Below, one piece after another: positions 45,450-58,402 of a stretch of 64,000 nt of DNA. Position 1 is the first letter of the stretch. Every line of letters begins with the position of its first letter. The DNA is from the human T2T-CHM13v2.0 reference genome, Homo sapiens. The notes beneath the pieces are model-generated. The model saw only the letters and a list, made by a program, of their open reading frames with translations, did no database searches and was not told the origin of the DNA. The DNA is taken from NCBI RefSeq assembly GCF_009914755.1, contig NC_060925.1, one strand, 5' to 3'. The position numbers and the translations under genes were made by a program.

Positions 45450-47800
45450 TCAATTTTTATTTCTGTCCCAACTCCTGCCAAGATCATTCATGATTGTATC
45501 ATGCACATGCATGACTATCCAACAAACTTATCTTAAACTTTTTGACCTCAAAGTCCTTCTTCCACTTTAATAATTTAAACACATTGCTGAATCTGGACCT
45601 TGGAGTACCCTCATCTCTGAAATGGTAAATTCCAATATTTCAATATCTGATTATGATCTCCTATCCTTAGAGTCATTATATTTCCCTATGTCAACCTGCT
45701 CTTTAACCTCATTGAGACTTAGTTCTTTAAATCCTCCTATTTTCTCCCAGTTCATCACTCTCCTGATGACTTCTTTTTCTAGCCAATCTTGATCCATGAT
45801 GAATCTCCTACTCTCACTAGCACTTCAAAATCCATAGACCCTTACCCCTCTGAATCCACCTTGTGAATTTACCTCCATAGTAAACCCAGCCACATGCCTT
45901 CTCCACTTGTGCACTTGGAATGCTGAGCATTGCAAAAGCATATTACATACTTGTGTATATTACTGCCCCTAGAAATTTGTGGACTCCAACTCAGTAGTAT
46001 GTCCTGTACTGTTTGACAATCCTTTCACCATCACTGCTTCAGTGTCTTTTCTGTGTCTCACAAAGGTTAGTCCATAGTTTCCTTACACTTTGTAAACTCT
46101 TCAGTGTAAAGATGGATACCTATTCCATCTCTGCTGCAACTTCAATGACGATCATATCCCTTAAGTTCATAGGGGGAAAAAAGGCCAGTAGACAAGAACT
46201 TCCTTACCATCTTAACTTTGAGCCTACAATCTTAACATTTACTTAAATATATATTCATCCCCACTATTTTCATTTCTATATCAAAGGAAGAGGTTTCTCT
46301 TTTTACTTCAATGCTAATTTATTTCCATACTTCCTACATCTGCTCTCCTAGTCTTGTAAGGCAACTTGTACCTTTATCATCCTCTTCTAACCTGCATTTA
46401 CTATTCTTTTCTTTTTAAACTCCTTTCAAGTAGGCTATAAATAATAATAGTAGTAATAATACTAATAAATCTTCTTTTTGAACTTTGCAACCTTCTCTAA
46501 CTAAACCCCTATATCTCTCCTTCCTTTAACTCAACTGTTCAAAAGATTATGTATTCTTTTGTCAATGCATCTCAACCTCTCAATCACTCTTCAGGGTTCT
46601 GTTCCCATTATCCTTTGGAAACTGTGACTCATTTCAAATTGAAAGGATCTTTTCAGGTTTCAGTTCACTTATCCTCACTCTTTCTCTAAAACTTTTCCAC
46701 ATAATCATCTTTTTGTTCCTGTTATGGTTGATTTTTCCCTACCTCAATAACCACTTCCTTTTCTGGCTTCTCATCTTCTTGCCTACTTGTTAAAAGTTAG
46801 CCATTCCAAGGTTCTCCATCCCTGGCACTCACTTATTTTTATTCTTTATGTTTTCTTGGCCTTCAATCAACCCCCAAATAAATATACCTGTGCAGATTAC
46901 ACTTTCAGCCTATACTTGTCCCTGTGCCCTAGAGTTATCAGCCCAACTGCCTACTGGACTCCAGGTGGAGGCTGCAACAGTCTCAACATCCAGGCCAGCA
47001 ACAGTTCAGTGTTGAACTAATCTCCTACAGCACTGCCACCCCATCAACCTCAGAGGGATCTGCTCCTGTTTTTATTACAACCCCAATTTATGGCAAGACC
47101 CAGACCCCGGCATCTAAGTTAGAAAAGTAAGGGTCACTCTAATCTCCTCCCTACCACTTATCCCCTCTCACATTCACTCATTCATCAAATCCTATATATG
47201 TTCTCTGTTTAATATGTCTCATATTCACTCCCACATTCATTCCACTACTACCTACTTAGTTCGGGCCTCATCATCTCTTTTTTGATTCTTGCAATTGTCA
47301 CCTAATTTGTCTGTATTACTCTGGATTTGCATCTCTCAAATCACTATAAGAATGATGTTTCTAAAACACCATGTTTTTCTTCAATAGCTCCCTACATTTT
47401 ATAGATAAAGTTCTAACCCTTTAGGTCATAAAGGGCTTTTATAATCTATCTCCATGCTTTGCCTCAATGTTTTAATGCCCATACCCCTCAACTCTGCCTA
47501 TTTAATGCTTATTCATTCTTCAAGATTCAGCTCAAAATTCACTTTTCTCTGTGAATTCGTATGTCACTCCATCTACCACACAGCCTCTCTCAGCTTCCTC
47601 AGGTAGAATGAGTCATTTTATTTTTTGTACTAATAGTTTTCCTTGTCTGGACTTATTTCACTACATCTTTGATACTTCACTGCATTTAGCATTTATCTCC
47701 CCCTCTTGATTGCATGGAAAGAGAAAGCAGAGGCATATCTTATATGCTCAATACCCACTATAGTGCCTGGAAAATACCTAGTTCTCAATAAGCATTTTTA
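45450..47800 (+). mobile_element. Long decayed L2 fragment(s)
   Basis: Pyrimidine-rich L2 ORF2-like and 3' motifs (ccaactgcctactggac, cacattcactcattcatcaaatcct, gggcctcatcatctct, tagtgcctgg...ctcaataa). Confidence 0.65.
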
Positions 47801-47914
47801 AAGAAATGGTAAAGGAGTTGGAAACTTGAAAAGTGGGCCTTGAAAGGTGAGTGAAATAATATCATATTATAAAAAATAGGGTTGAAGGTGCTCCAGAGAG
47901 AAAGAGGGAAAGAA

Positions 47915-48560
47915 CAGTTGTAAAAATTGTGCACTCCATAATTCTAGGAAGTGCCATGTATATGGTGTTATGGAGTGAATGTTTGTGTCCCACCCAAATT
48001 CATATGTTGAAGCCCTAACCCTCAATGTAACAGTGTTTGGAGGCAGGGTCTTTGGAAGGTATTGGGATTAGATAAAGTCATGGGGATAGGGCCCTCACAG
48101 TGGGATTAGTGTTCTTCTAAATGGAGATGCCAGAGAACTTGAGGGTGTACATGCTTTCACCCTCTCTCTCTTTTTTCCTGTCCATGTGAGAAAACAGAAA
48201 ACAGCCATATGAAAGCCAAGAAGAGAGTCCTCACCAGGCACCTTGAACTTGCACTTCCCAGACTCCAGAAATGTAAGAAGTAAATGTATGTTGGTTAAGC
48301 CACTCAGTCTATAGTGTTTTGTTATGGCAGCACAAGCAGATAAAGACATGTGAGGGTTGTGATTTGAACATTGAGCTTCTTGGGTAATTTTAACTCATAA
48401 GTTATTTTTCCATCCTATGCAACCCTCTCATGCCTTTCCCCTCATGTCTATATGTCATCCAAATTGAAAGCATCTGGATGCCCAGGATTGAGTCTGATTA
48501 TAAATTGTGCCCCCTACAGTTGAGCAGCTCACAATCTATATACCACACATGGCACTCCTA
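47915..48560. mobile_element. MER91-like hAT-Tip100 element split by MLT1A
   Basis: ttgtgcactccataattc at left; gtgccccctacagttgagcag...catggcactcct at right. Confidence 0.5.
47966..48348 (+). mobile_element. MLT1A solo LTR
   Basis: tgttatggagtgaatgtttgtgtccc...ttttgttatggcagcacaagcagataaagaca. Confidence 0.88.
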
Positions 48561-49337
48561 TTGTGAGTCTGCTCCAAAGTTGCAATATATACAGCCAGGT
48601 TAGTGTCATTGGGAGATCATTTGAGTTTTATAAGGGTTAGAGAGTGGGAATACAAATTCAAAGGCATAGGTCATAAATAGAAATCAGAAGTGAAAATGAC
48701 ATTTTCTGAACTTTTTTTTTCTGTGTTGTGGATGGTAGTCTGAAAAGAATACTTCTTAAGTTACCTAAGTGATGCCTACCCTTCATAAATTTCATTCATT
48801 CACAGATGTGCTTGTAACCATATTTGGCAAATTATTCAAGGAGCTGAATAATAAATTTTCTCCAATTAAAATAATAGCTTGCTCCCAGGTGATTTATAAA
48901 TAACTATACCTTATCTGACCCAACTGGTTTGCATTCTTTTAGCAAATATGAATGAGATTTGGCTGACATTTTCCCCACCTCCTAAGGTTTCTGTGGCTTT
49001 ACTAGATAACTCAAACATTTTATCTGGTCAGCTCCTAATAAGGAAAAAAATGTGTAAATGAGACACTAAACATTTTGCTGGTAGGGTTATTAGCCCATCT
49101 CCTTTTTAAAATACACAGTTGTTCCAGACACAAACAATACCCTCCTTATTGGGACAGAGCAGTGTTTTTACTGTAGCAATTACTCACTGGCATAAGAAGA
49201 AGCATGAAGCACAGAACCCAGAGCCATGGGATTCTTCCCTATAGCCAGAGACATACATTAGAGGTGACTTCATTCAATATTTTCATTTTGCAGACTAGAA
49301 AACAGGTGTGAGAGTTAAAGTGACTTGACTAAAATCT

Positions 49338-49860
49338 CTGTTGACTATGTCTTATTTTCTGTATTCTTGATGCTCTTGCATTTAAGGCCTTGATCCTGGA
49401 GAGACTGTTCCACCGAGGGCTAGCTAATTCCTAGAGAAAGCAAACTCCCCAGCATATGTGCCTTGGATATTTAAACCTACCAATCCAGAACCCACATCCC
49501 CAACTCTATGTTTTATCAAACTCTCACATGCCAAACCAATATTCCCCCTGTCCTAAATCACCTCAGGACCACCTACCTGACAGCTAGGCACCACTACTAC
49601 AGCCCACAACTTACCAAAATTACTCAAACTATCCAATCTTAAAGTGTTTCCTTGCCCATTCATTCCTGAGAAAACACCAGTAAAGGCTCTGGGCAATGCT
49701 CTCCCCTCTCTTCCTTCTGCCTTCTGACTGGTCTAGGTGTTCTTTCCTGTGGCCCTGCATGGCATGGTGTATCTCTTATTTTTAGGAATTTGTTAGTATA
49801 CTTCTTTCTCATGACAATCATTTCCATGTCTGCTGTCTTACCATAATCTGAGGTACATTT
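49338..49860 (+). mobile_element. MER74-like ERVL LTR, inserted in a MIR
   Basis: ctggagagactg...agggctagctaattcctagaga...ccaatccagaacccac...taaaggctct. Confidence 0.7.
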
Positions 49861-51157
49861 TGAATAAGGTCAAATGGGTTAGTTGTAAAAGTTAAATGGG
49901 TAGGACCAGAGACTCCAGATCGCTAGACCTCTATGCTGTCGACTACTCCCATGTAGCATCATCTCCTGCAGTCCTGAAAGGAATAAAGACCAGGGATTGC
50001 ATCTCTGGAGAGAACCAAATTTGCTTACAAAGATAAATTGCTCTTAGAAAATAATTTTTTAAGTTCTATGCAAATATAGTATATTACAACTGTTTGTGGG
50101 GCTATCTAAAGAAATCTAGGAAATATTTACAAGTGTACACATATATGAAAAGGGGTTAATAAAAAATTGGGCTGGAACTAGAGAAGGGCACCTCAGTTTG
50201 CCCATCTGTATTTATTTCTTAGCTAATGGGTGTCTGTGTAAGGCATGGTGCTAAGCATAGCTGCAAACAGAAGGTCAATGGATCCAGTTACTTTCTATGG
50301 GGGCTTTCAGCTTAGATAACACATATGCATCTCTCCAACATAGCAGGGCCAGAGGGGTTTAAGAGAAAAGACACTACAGGATTCAGTGGGGAAAAAAATT
50401 CTGGTTGGGACAATCAAAGAAAGTTCTATGTTCATTTTTATGCACTCTAGGGTTGGTTATGGGGCCTGGAGACATGTTATTTGAGATTGGCTACATATTA
50501 ATTTTCTTATCTTATCATCAAAGTAGGACCATGCAACTATTATGTTATTACTAAATCCATTTAATATATGAAGAGAAACAGGGAATTAAAGATTTTAAAT
50601 GCCTAGAATTTAAAAATCACAGTTATTACTAACAAAACAAGCTTCAGTTTTCCGACTTCTGATCTACTATTCACCTCATTTGGTTTTGTTTTTAAACTAT
50701 TATTTGGAAGACAAAAGAATAATCACTAATCTGCATGCATATAAAATTGAATTGACTGTCTTTTCTAGAATGATCTCTTTCCCTCAATAAATTGAATGAA
50801 TGAACCATTTATTTTGACATTATACAGAATCTGTCAAATCTAACTGGAAAGGCAGACATAAACTTAAACATAGCAATTAAATAGAAGATCTCTATTATTA
50901 AACTCTAAAGAATTCACAGCTCCTGTTAACTCATTTTTTTTCTTAAGACTAAGTCTCACTGTCACTCAGGCTAAAGTGCAGTGGCATGATCACAGCTCAC
51001 TGCAGCCTTGACCTCCTTACATAAGTAGTATATAACTATTTACAACTTCATGAATATAGAGTCGGCATATATGCACTTGGGGTCACTTCCTCTAATCGCT
51101 CAGAGATGTTTGAATTCTTGACACAGTTCTTTTTCTTTGCCTGAAGAGTTCATAAAG

Positions 51158-51507
<350 letters not shown>

Positions 51508-51861
51508 TCAATTTGTGGAAGCCAGAAAATGAATTTACCTGTTGAGAAGACAGATTACTGAGAAAATAAATAAAACTACTGACAATCCATCCTACAAAAG
51601 TATTTTTTTAATTCTAAAGTTTTCATTATTAATGAAATTCATACATCTGTTATTTGGATGTTTCTCCTCCAACGATAACAGAAAATTCAAAATCCTCTAG
51701 GGAGTTAGGCATCTAAATTTCCCATGAACTTTTCCTTCTGAAAGTAGAATTAATCAAGTCAGACAATGAGGAAGAAAAATAATCACTCTACAGCTCAGTC
51801 TAAATATGCAGAGCCAGACCTGACCAGAGGCCTTGGTCTTTCCCATTCCTTGGGGTTTTTT

Positions 51862-54800
51862 AAAGCTTTTTAAAATAGATACAGCTTTGTTGAGGTATAA
51901 TTTAAATATTTTATCCACTGTAAGTATACAATGCAATGATTTTTAGTAGAGTTATAGTTTTGCATTATCATTACCATCCAGTTTTAGGACATTTGTTATT
52001 GCCTCCAAATTTTCCTAAAGCCCATTTGCAGTGCACCATACCCTCTGTCTCCAATCAAGCACTTCTTTCTGCCTCTATAAATTTGCCTTTACTGGCCATT
52101 TTATAAAAATGGAACCATAGAATACATAGTCTTTTGTATCTGGCACCCTTGACATAATATTTTTAAGGGTAATTAATTGTTTTGGACTGCATGTTTGTGT
52201 TTCCTGCAAACTAACCCCCAATGGAATGGTACTAAAAGGTGGGGCCTTTGGCAGCTACTTAGATTTAGATGATGTCATGAAGGTAGAGCCCCCATGATGG
52301 AATCAGTGTTCTTAATAACGAAAAAGAGAAAGAGACTCGGGCTCGCTGTCTCTGCCATGTAAGGATACTAGTTGATGGCCATCTGCAAACCAGTAAGAAG
52401 GCCCTCACCAGATAGAGAATCTGCTGGCATCCTGATCTTGAACTCTGCAGCCTACAGAACCATGAGAAATAAATTTCTGTGGTTTAGGCCACCCAGCCTA
52501 TGGTATCTTATTAAATCAGCCCCAATTGACATCAATGTTGTAGCACGTGTCACTCTTTTACTTTTCATTCCTGAGTAGTATTTTGTTGTTTGGACACACC
52601 ACATGTTAATCACTCACCAGTTGATGGACATTTGGATTGTTTCTAGTTTTAGCCTATTATGAATACTGCTGCTATGAACATTTGCATTTAAGTCCCTTTG
52701 TGGGCATATGTTTTCATTTCTCTTGCTTAGATTCCTGGGAGTAGAATTGCTGGGTCATATGGTAAATTTATGTTTAATGTTTTTAAGACACTGCCCAACT
52801 GTTTTCCAAAGTGACTGCAGCATTTTATATTTTCATCAGCAATGAATGAGAGTTCCATCTGCTCCATTTCCTCAACAATGCTTTGTATTGTCTTATTTAT
52901 TTTTTTATTTTCCTACCTTCCTTCCCTTCCTTCCCTTTGTTCCTTCCTTCCTCTCTCTCTGTCTCCCTCTCTCTCTCTTTTTCTTTTTTTCTTAGGTGAA
53001 GTCTCACTCTGTCACCCAGGCTGAGGTGTCTGTGTTTTTTATTATACACATTCTTGTGGGTGTATGGTGGTATCTTGGTGTGGTTTTAATTTTATTTTCC
53101 CTAATGACTAATAATGAGGATTACATTTTCTTTCATATATCTTTTTTGGTAAAATGTCTATGCCTACCTTTTGCCTATGTTTTAGATTGTTTACCTTCTT
53201 TATATTGAGTTATAAAGATATGTATGCTGGATACAAGTCCTTTTCAGTTTTGTACTTTGCAAATATCTTCTGCTAGTGTGAAGTTTATCTTTTCCTTTTC
53301 TTCATGGTATCCTTTGAGGCACAAAAGTTCTCAATTTTAATGAAATAAAATTCACTAATTTTTTTCTTGTATGGCTTCTGCTTTGGTCATCTTATGTACG
53401 AACTTTTTGGCTAACCCAAAGTCACAAAGATGTCCTCCTATGATTTACTCTTGAATTTTATAGATTTAACTTTTATATTTAGCTCTATGACTCATTTTAG
53501 TTAATTTTTGAATAGAACATAAGGTAGGGGCCTAAGTTTTTTTTGTTGTGGTTTATATTTAATTATTCCTTCATCATTTGTTAAAAAAGAAGTTATCCTT
53601 TCCCCTTTGAATTGTCTTGGCACTGTTGCTGAAAATTAACTAACCATAGATATATGGGTTTATTTCTGGGCTCTCACTTCTGTTCCACTGATCTCAACTC
53701 TTTTTCATTGATCTATATACCTATCTTTATGCTAGTACCACACTATTTTTATTACTACAGCTTTATGATAAGTTTTGGAATTTGGTAGTATAAATCACCA
53801 ATTATTTTTCTTTATAAAAATTGACAGGTCAGGCACAGTGGCTCACACTCGTGGTTTTGTTTCCATTCATTCACAATATTTTAAAATATTCCATTGTGAT
53901 TTCTTTTTTGAATCATGAGGGGTTTTTTTCATAAGTATGTCATTTGATTTCCATATACTTGACATTTTCCCAGATTTGTTTCTATTATGATCTCCAATTT
54001 AATTTTGTTGTGGTCAGAGAACATACTTCATATGATTAATTTTCTTCAAAAAAAATGCATTGAGACGTATTTAGTGGCCCAGTACATCATCTATCTGCAG
54101 AATTTTCCAAATAAACTTGAAAAGAATGTGTATTCTGAACTCTTTGGGTGGAGCGTTCTATAAATGTCAGTTATATTAAGTTGGTTGATAGCATTGCTCA
54201 AATTTTCTTTACCCTAGCCAATTTACGGTCTAGGCATTCTATCAATTATTAAGAGTGGGTATTGAAATCTCCAGCTATTATTGTTGTCTATACTTTCAAT
54301 TCTTAGTTTTTTTGCTTCACATATTCTGGGACACTGTTTTTAGGTGAAATACACTTAAAATTATTATATCTTCCTGATTATTTGATCTTTTATTTTTATG
54401 AAATATTCTAGTATATTTTAACTTCAGAACTTCCAGTTGGTTCTTTTATATGATTTTTATCTCTGCTGAAATTTTCTATTCATTCGATCATTGGGGTCAT
54501 TGCTATCATACTTTCCTTTAATTATTTAAACATCATTTTCATTAGTTCTGTGAATAGTTTCTTTGAAGACTTTTTCTTCTAAATCTAACATATAGGACCA
54601 CTCAGAGACAGTTTATATGAACTGTTATTTTTCCCAGAGTATGTATCACACTTTCTTGTTTCTTTCTATCTGTCTTGTTTATTGAATATAAGACATTTCA
54701 GATAATATATTGTATATCAGTATCTTGGGATCTTTATTTTCTCCTCTGAGATTTGTAGTTAATGTTTTGCTTGTTTAGTAACTTGCCTGGACTAAATTTG

Positions 54801-54980
54801 GGAAATCTGATTCTCTGGAATGTATGGTTGATAATGTCTTTGGGTTTTTTCTTGTTTTTATAGTTAAGCCTGGCTTACTAAGGTCACCATTGTGCCTGCA
54901 TAGCTTAATGTTTAGCCAAAGATTGGTCACAGCCAGTAAGGTGTCTAGTCTTTGCTGATGGATTTGTGTGTGAATTGGCA
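51862..54980 (-). mobile_element. Fragmented L1MB-like element with nested MLT1A and Alu fragments
   Basis: Antisense L1 3'UTR (cagctttgttgaggtataattt) and ORF2 motifs (gttgtggtcagagaacatact, cttgaaaagaatgtgtattctg). Confidence 0.8.
52178..52533 (+). mobile_element. MLT1A-like solo LTR
   Basis: ggtggggcctttgg...gccctcaccaga...gagaaataaatttctgtggttt. Confidence 0.85.
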
Positions 54981-55752
54981 TGGAAATAAAAATACATTTG
55001 GTCTTGGCCCCTGGTTCCTGACATAGAGCTCCTAAACCCTTAAAATTTCCTGAGTGATAGGAGTGCCTTTGTAATCATAATGAGCCCATTTTGATAATGA
55101 CACCTGAGTGTATGCTAATCAGGTGACAGAGTGGGACTACCAGATAGCCTCAGAATAGGGCTGATTACCAGAGAGACAAGAAATTAGAGGGTTGGAACTT
55201 TCAGCCCCACCCACTGACCTCCTGGGAAAAGAGAAGGGAGCTGGAGATTGAATCTATAAAACTCTTGAGCAATAAGATACAGAGAGCTTCTACGGCAATA
55301 AGATACAGAGAGCTTCTACGTTGGTGAATGCATTCATACGCCAAAAGGGTAGCAGACCCCAAGTTTAGGGAAAAGAAGCTCCTGTGCTAGGATCCCTTTC
55401 AGACCTTGTCCTATGTACCTTTTCATCTGCTTATCCATTTGTATCATTTACAATAAACTGGCAGGCAAATATAAGTAGAGTGTTTTCCTGAGCTCTGTGA
55501 GCTGTTCTAGCAAATTATTGAACCTGGGGATGGATGTGGGAACTCTCAATTTATAACTTGTTTGTCAGGATACCTGGCCTGAAACTTGCAACTGGCATTT
55601 GAGTTGGGGGCACTCTGTGGGACTGAGCCCTTTAAGTGAGGGAACTGAAGCTAGCTCCAGGTAGATAGTGTCCAAATTGAATTGAATTGTTGGACATCAA
55701 GTTGTTGTGAGAATAAGATAATTGAATTGGTTAGTGTTAAAAAACACCTCAG
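54981..55752. mobile_element. MER21-like LTR
   Basis: cctggttcctgacatagagctcctaaaccctt...tttcctgagtgatagg...gggactgagccctt...caggtagatagtgtc. Confidence 0.8.
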
Positions 55753-55794
55753 AGCTAGAGATGCATTCAAAGTTCAAGGTGGCCTGGTATCACT

Positions 55795-56088
55795 TACAAG
55801 GTGGCTCACACTTGTAATCCCAACACTTTTGGAGGCCAAGGTGGAAGGATCGCTTGAGCCAACGAGTTCAAGACCAGCCTGGGCAACATAGGGAAACTCC
55901 ATCTCTACAAAAAATGAAGAGTTAGCGGGGCATGGTAGTGCACACCTGCAGTCCTAGCTACTCAGGAGGCTGAGTTGGGAAGATCCCTTGAGCCTGGGAG
56001 GTTGAGGCTGCAGTGAGCTGTGATCATGCCAGTGCACTCCAGACTGTGAGACAGAGCAAAAACCTGTCTCAAATACAAAAACAAAAAA
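55795..56088 (+). mobile_element. AluJ
   Basis: gaggttgaggctgcagtgagctgtgatc. Confidence 0.9.
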
Positions 56089-56910
56089 GTTTAGGCTGTT
56101 CTCAAGTCTTCTCTGGTTTTTATTAACCCCTAACTTTTCACACATCTCCTCTGTCTTTGTGCATGGCTCTGTATTCTACGGATGTATGGTAGGCTTGAGC
56201 CCATTCCAGTCCCTGCTACCCATGGTCTCTGATCAACCTAGGACATTCAATAAATCTTCTTAGTGCCCCCAGGTTTAGCTCATGTCCAAGATTTCACTGT
56301 TAAATGTCTGGCAAATCTGCTAGTCCATTGCATGGTCCCCAAACAGGGCTGTAACATCAGCCTAGTGAAGATGCTGACTCATCCTGTTCACTCTTAAGCA
56401 TATGAGATCAACACTTTAAATGACTAAAGTCCAGATTAAGGGGGACACCTTCTAGCAGTGGCAGCTAAGTTGTTGATTTTCACAGCCTGTCCTACTCTGG
56501 TTGAATTACTATGCCAACAAAGCTGATATAGTAATTTTCAAGAATAAATGTCAAGACTAAATGTTATTCAGTTTATTGGAAACTTGGGTTATTTCCAGAG
56601 AACTGAAATGGTTATTTTTTTACATCTCTTTTCAGCTTTATAATTGCTTTTTCAGGAGAGGATATGTTAATCTCCCTACATCATGGCAGAAATAGGGCTA
56701 ATTTGAATAAAGATTACTTTAAAGAAAATAGATGCTCAGGATATATAATAAGTAAGGGAGGGAGGAAGAAAGGAAGTAAGGAAAGAAATAAGTAAAATTT
56801 TCAAACCATGTATGTGGAAATTGTAAGGGCTGGTTTTGAGGGATAGAATTAGATCAGGCCCTCAGAGCCTCCAAATCCTCCAAATCAAGAATGGGTACAC
56901 AGATGCTTAA

Positions 56911-57261
<351 letters not shown>

Positions 57262-57784
57262 TAATCCATCCCAACCATAAAGAATTTCCTGCTTCCTGTA
57301 GTATTAAAAAAAATAATTACTGAGAGGATAAAGATACTCATGACAACATTTACTGGGTACAATACTCTCAGTTATGAGTTGTTTAGATAGATAGATATTT
57401 AAATTTTTTTCATAACGATGCTTACGTTCGTATATCTAATTGCTATAAGTCTGTAACTAAAACCAAGATTATAGTAGATCAACAAATAGAAGTTAAAGAT
57501 AAGTCAATTTTGTAGATTTGCCTTGACTTTTGTTTGTTGGTTTTTATATTACTTAAACATTTTTAAAGGTTAATGAATGGCTGTCCATGTCCATTACTGT
57601 CTGACCTAGAACATTTAAATTGGCTGTCTTCTGACTCTAAGTCTCTTGGCCGTAAGCATCCCAACAAGGGACAAGATGAATCTGAGGCCAGCAGCTATGC
57701 CACCCTGGCAATGCTACAAGACAAAATAAAAATTTGGTGGCCATTAATGTTGACTCTGACAAATCTTGGCCAGAAGGGGAAGAT

Positions 57785-58402
57785 TGTAAACCAAAAATAA
57801 AATTCCAGCCTTTTGAACCTACCCCTCCTCTCGGCCAAGGGCATTCCAAAATTAACCTGAGAAACTAGTACAGGTCATGACAGGAATTGGGAGTCAGACA
57901 TGCTTCATTATATCCTCCTCCCTTTTGGACTTCAGAAAAAGCTGACCAGGATTAACATCAACAAAGACCTTTAGTCTGATAAGAAACATTTACAATCTAT
58001 TGTCTCTGAAGCCTGCTACCAGGAGGCTTCATCTGCATGATAAATTTTGGTCTCCACAACTCCTTACCTTAACACAGACATTCCTTTCTATTGATTCCAG
58101 GTCTTTAGATAATAACTTAACTCTTTCAACCAACTGCCAATCAGAAAATCTTTAAATCTACCTATGACCTGGAACCTCCTGCTTTGAGTTGTCCCACCTT
58201 TCCAGAGAAAACCAATGTACATTTTACATGTTTTGATTGATGCATTATGTCTCTCTAAAATGCATAAAAGCAAGCAGTGCCCCACCCATCTTGGGCACAT
58301 GTCAGGACCTCCTGAAGGCTGTGTCACAAGTGCATCCTTAACCTTGCCAAAATAAACTTTCTAAATTGATTGATACTTGTATCAGATACTTTTTGGTTCA
58401 CA
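57785..58402 (+). mobile_element. MER4A-like solo LTR
   Basis: tgtaaaccaaaaataaaattc start; aaaataaactttctaaattgattga...ttttggttcaca end. Confidence 0.85.
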
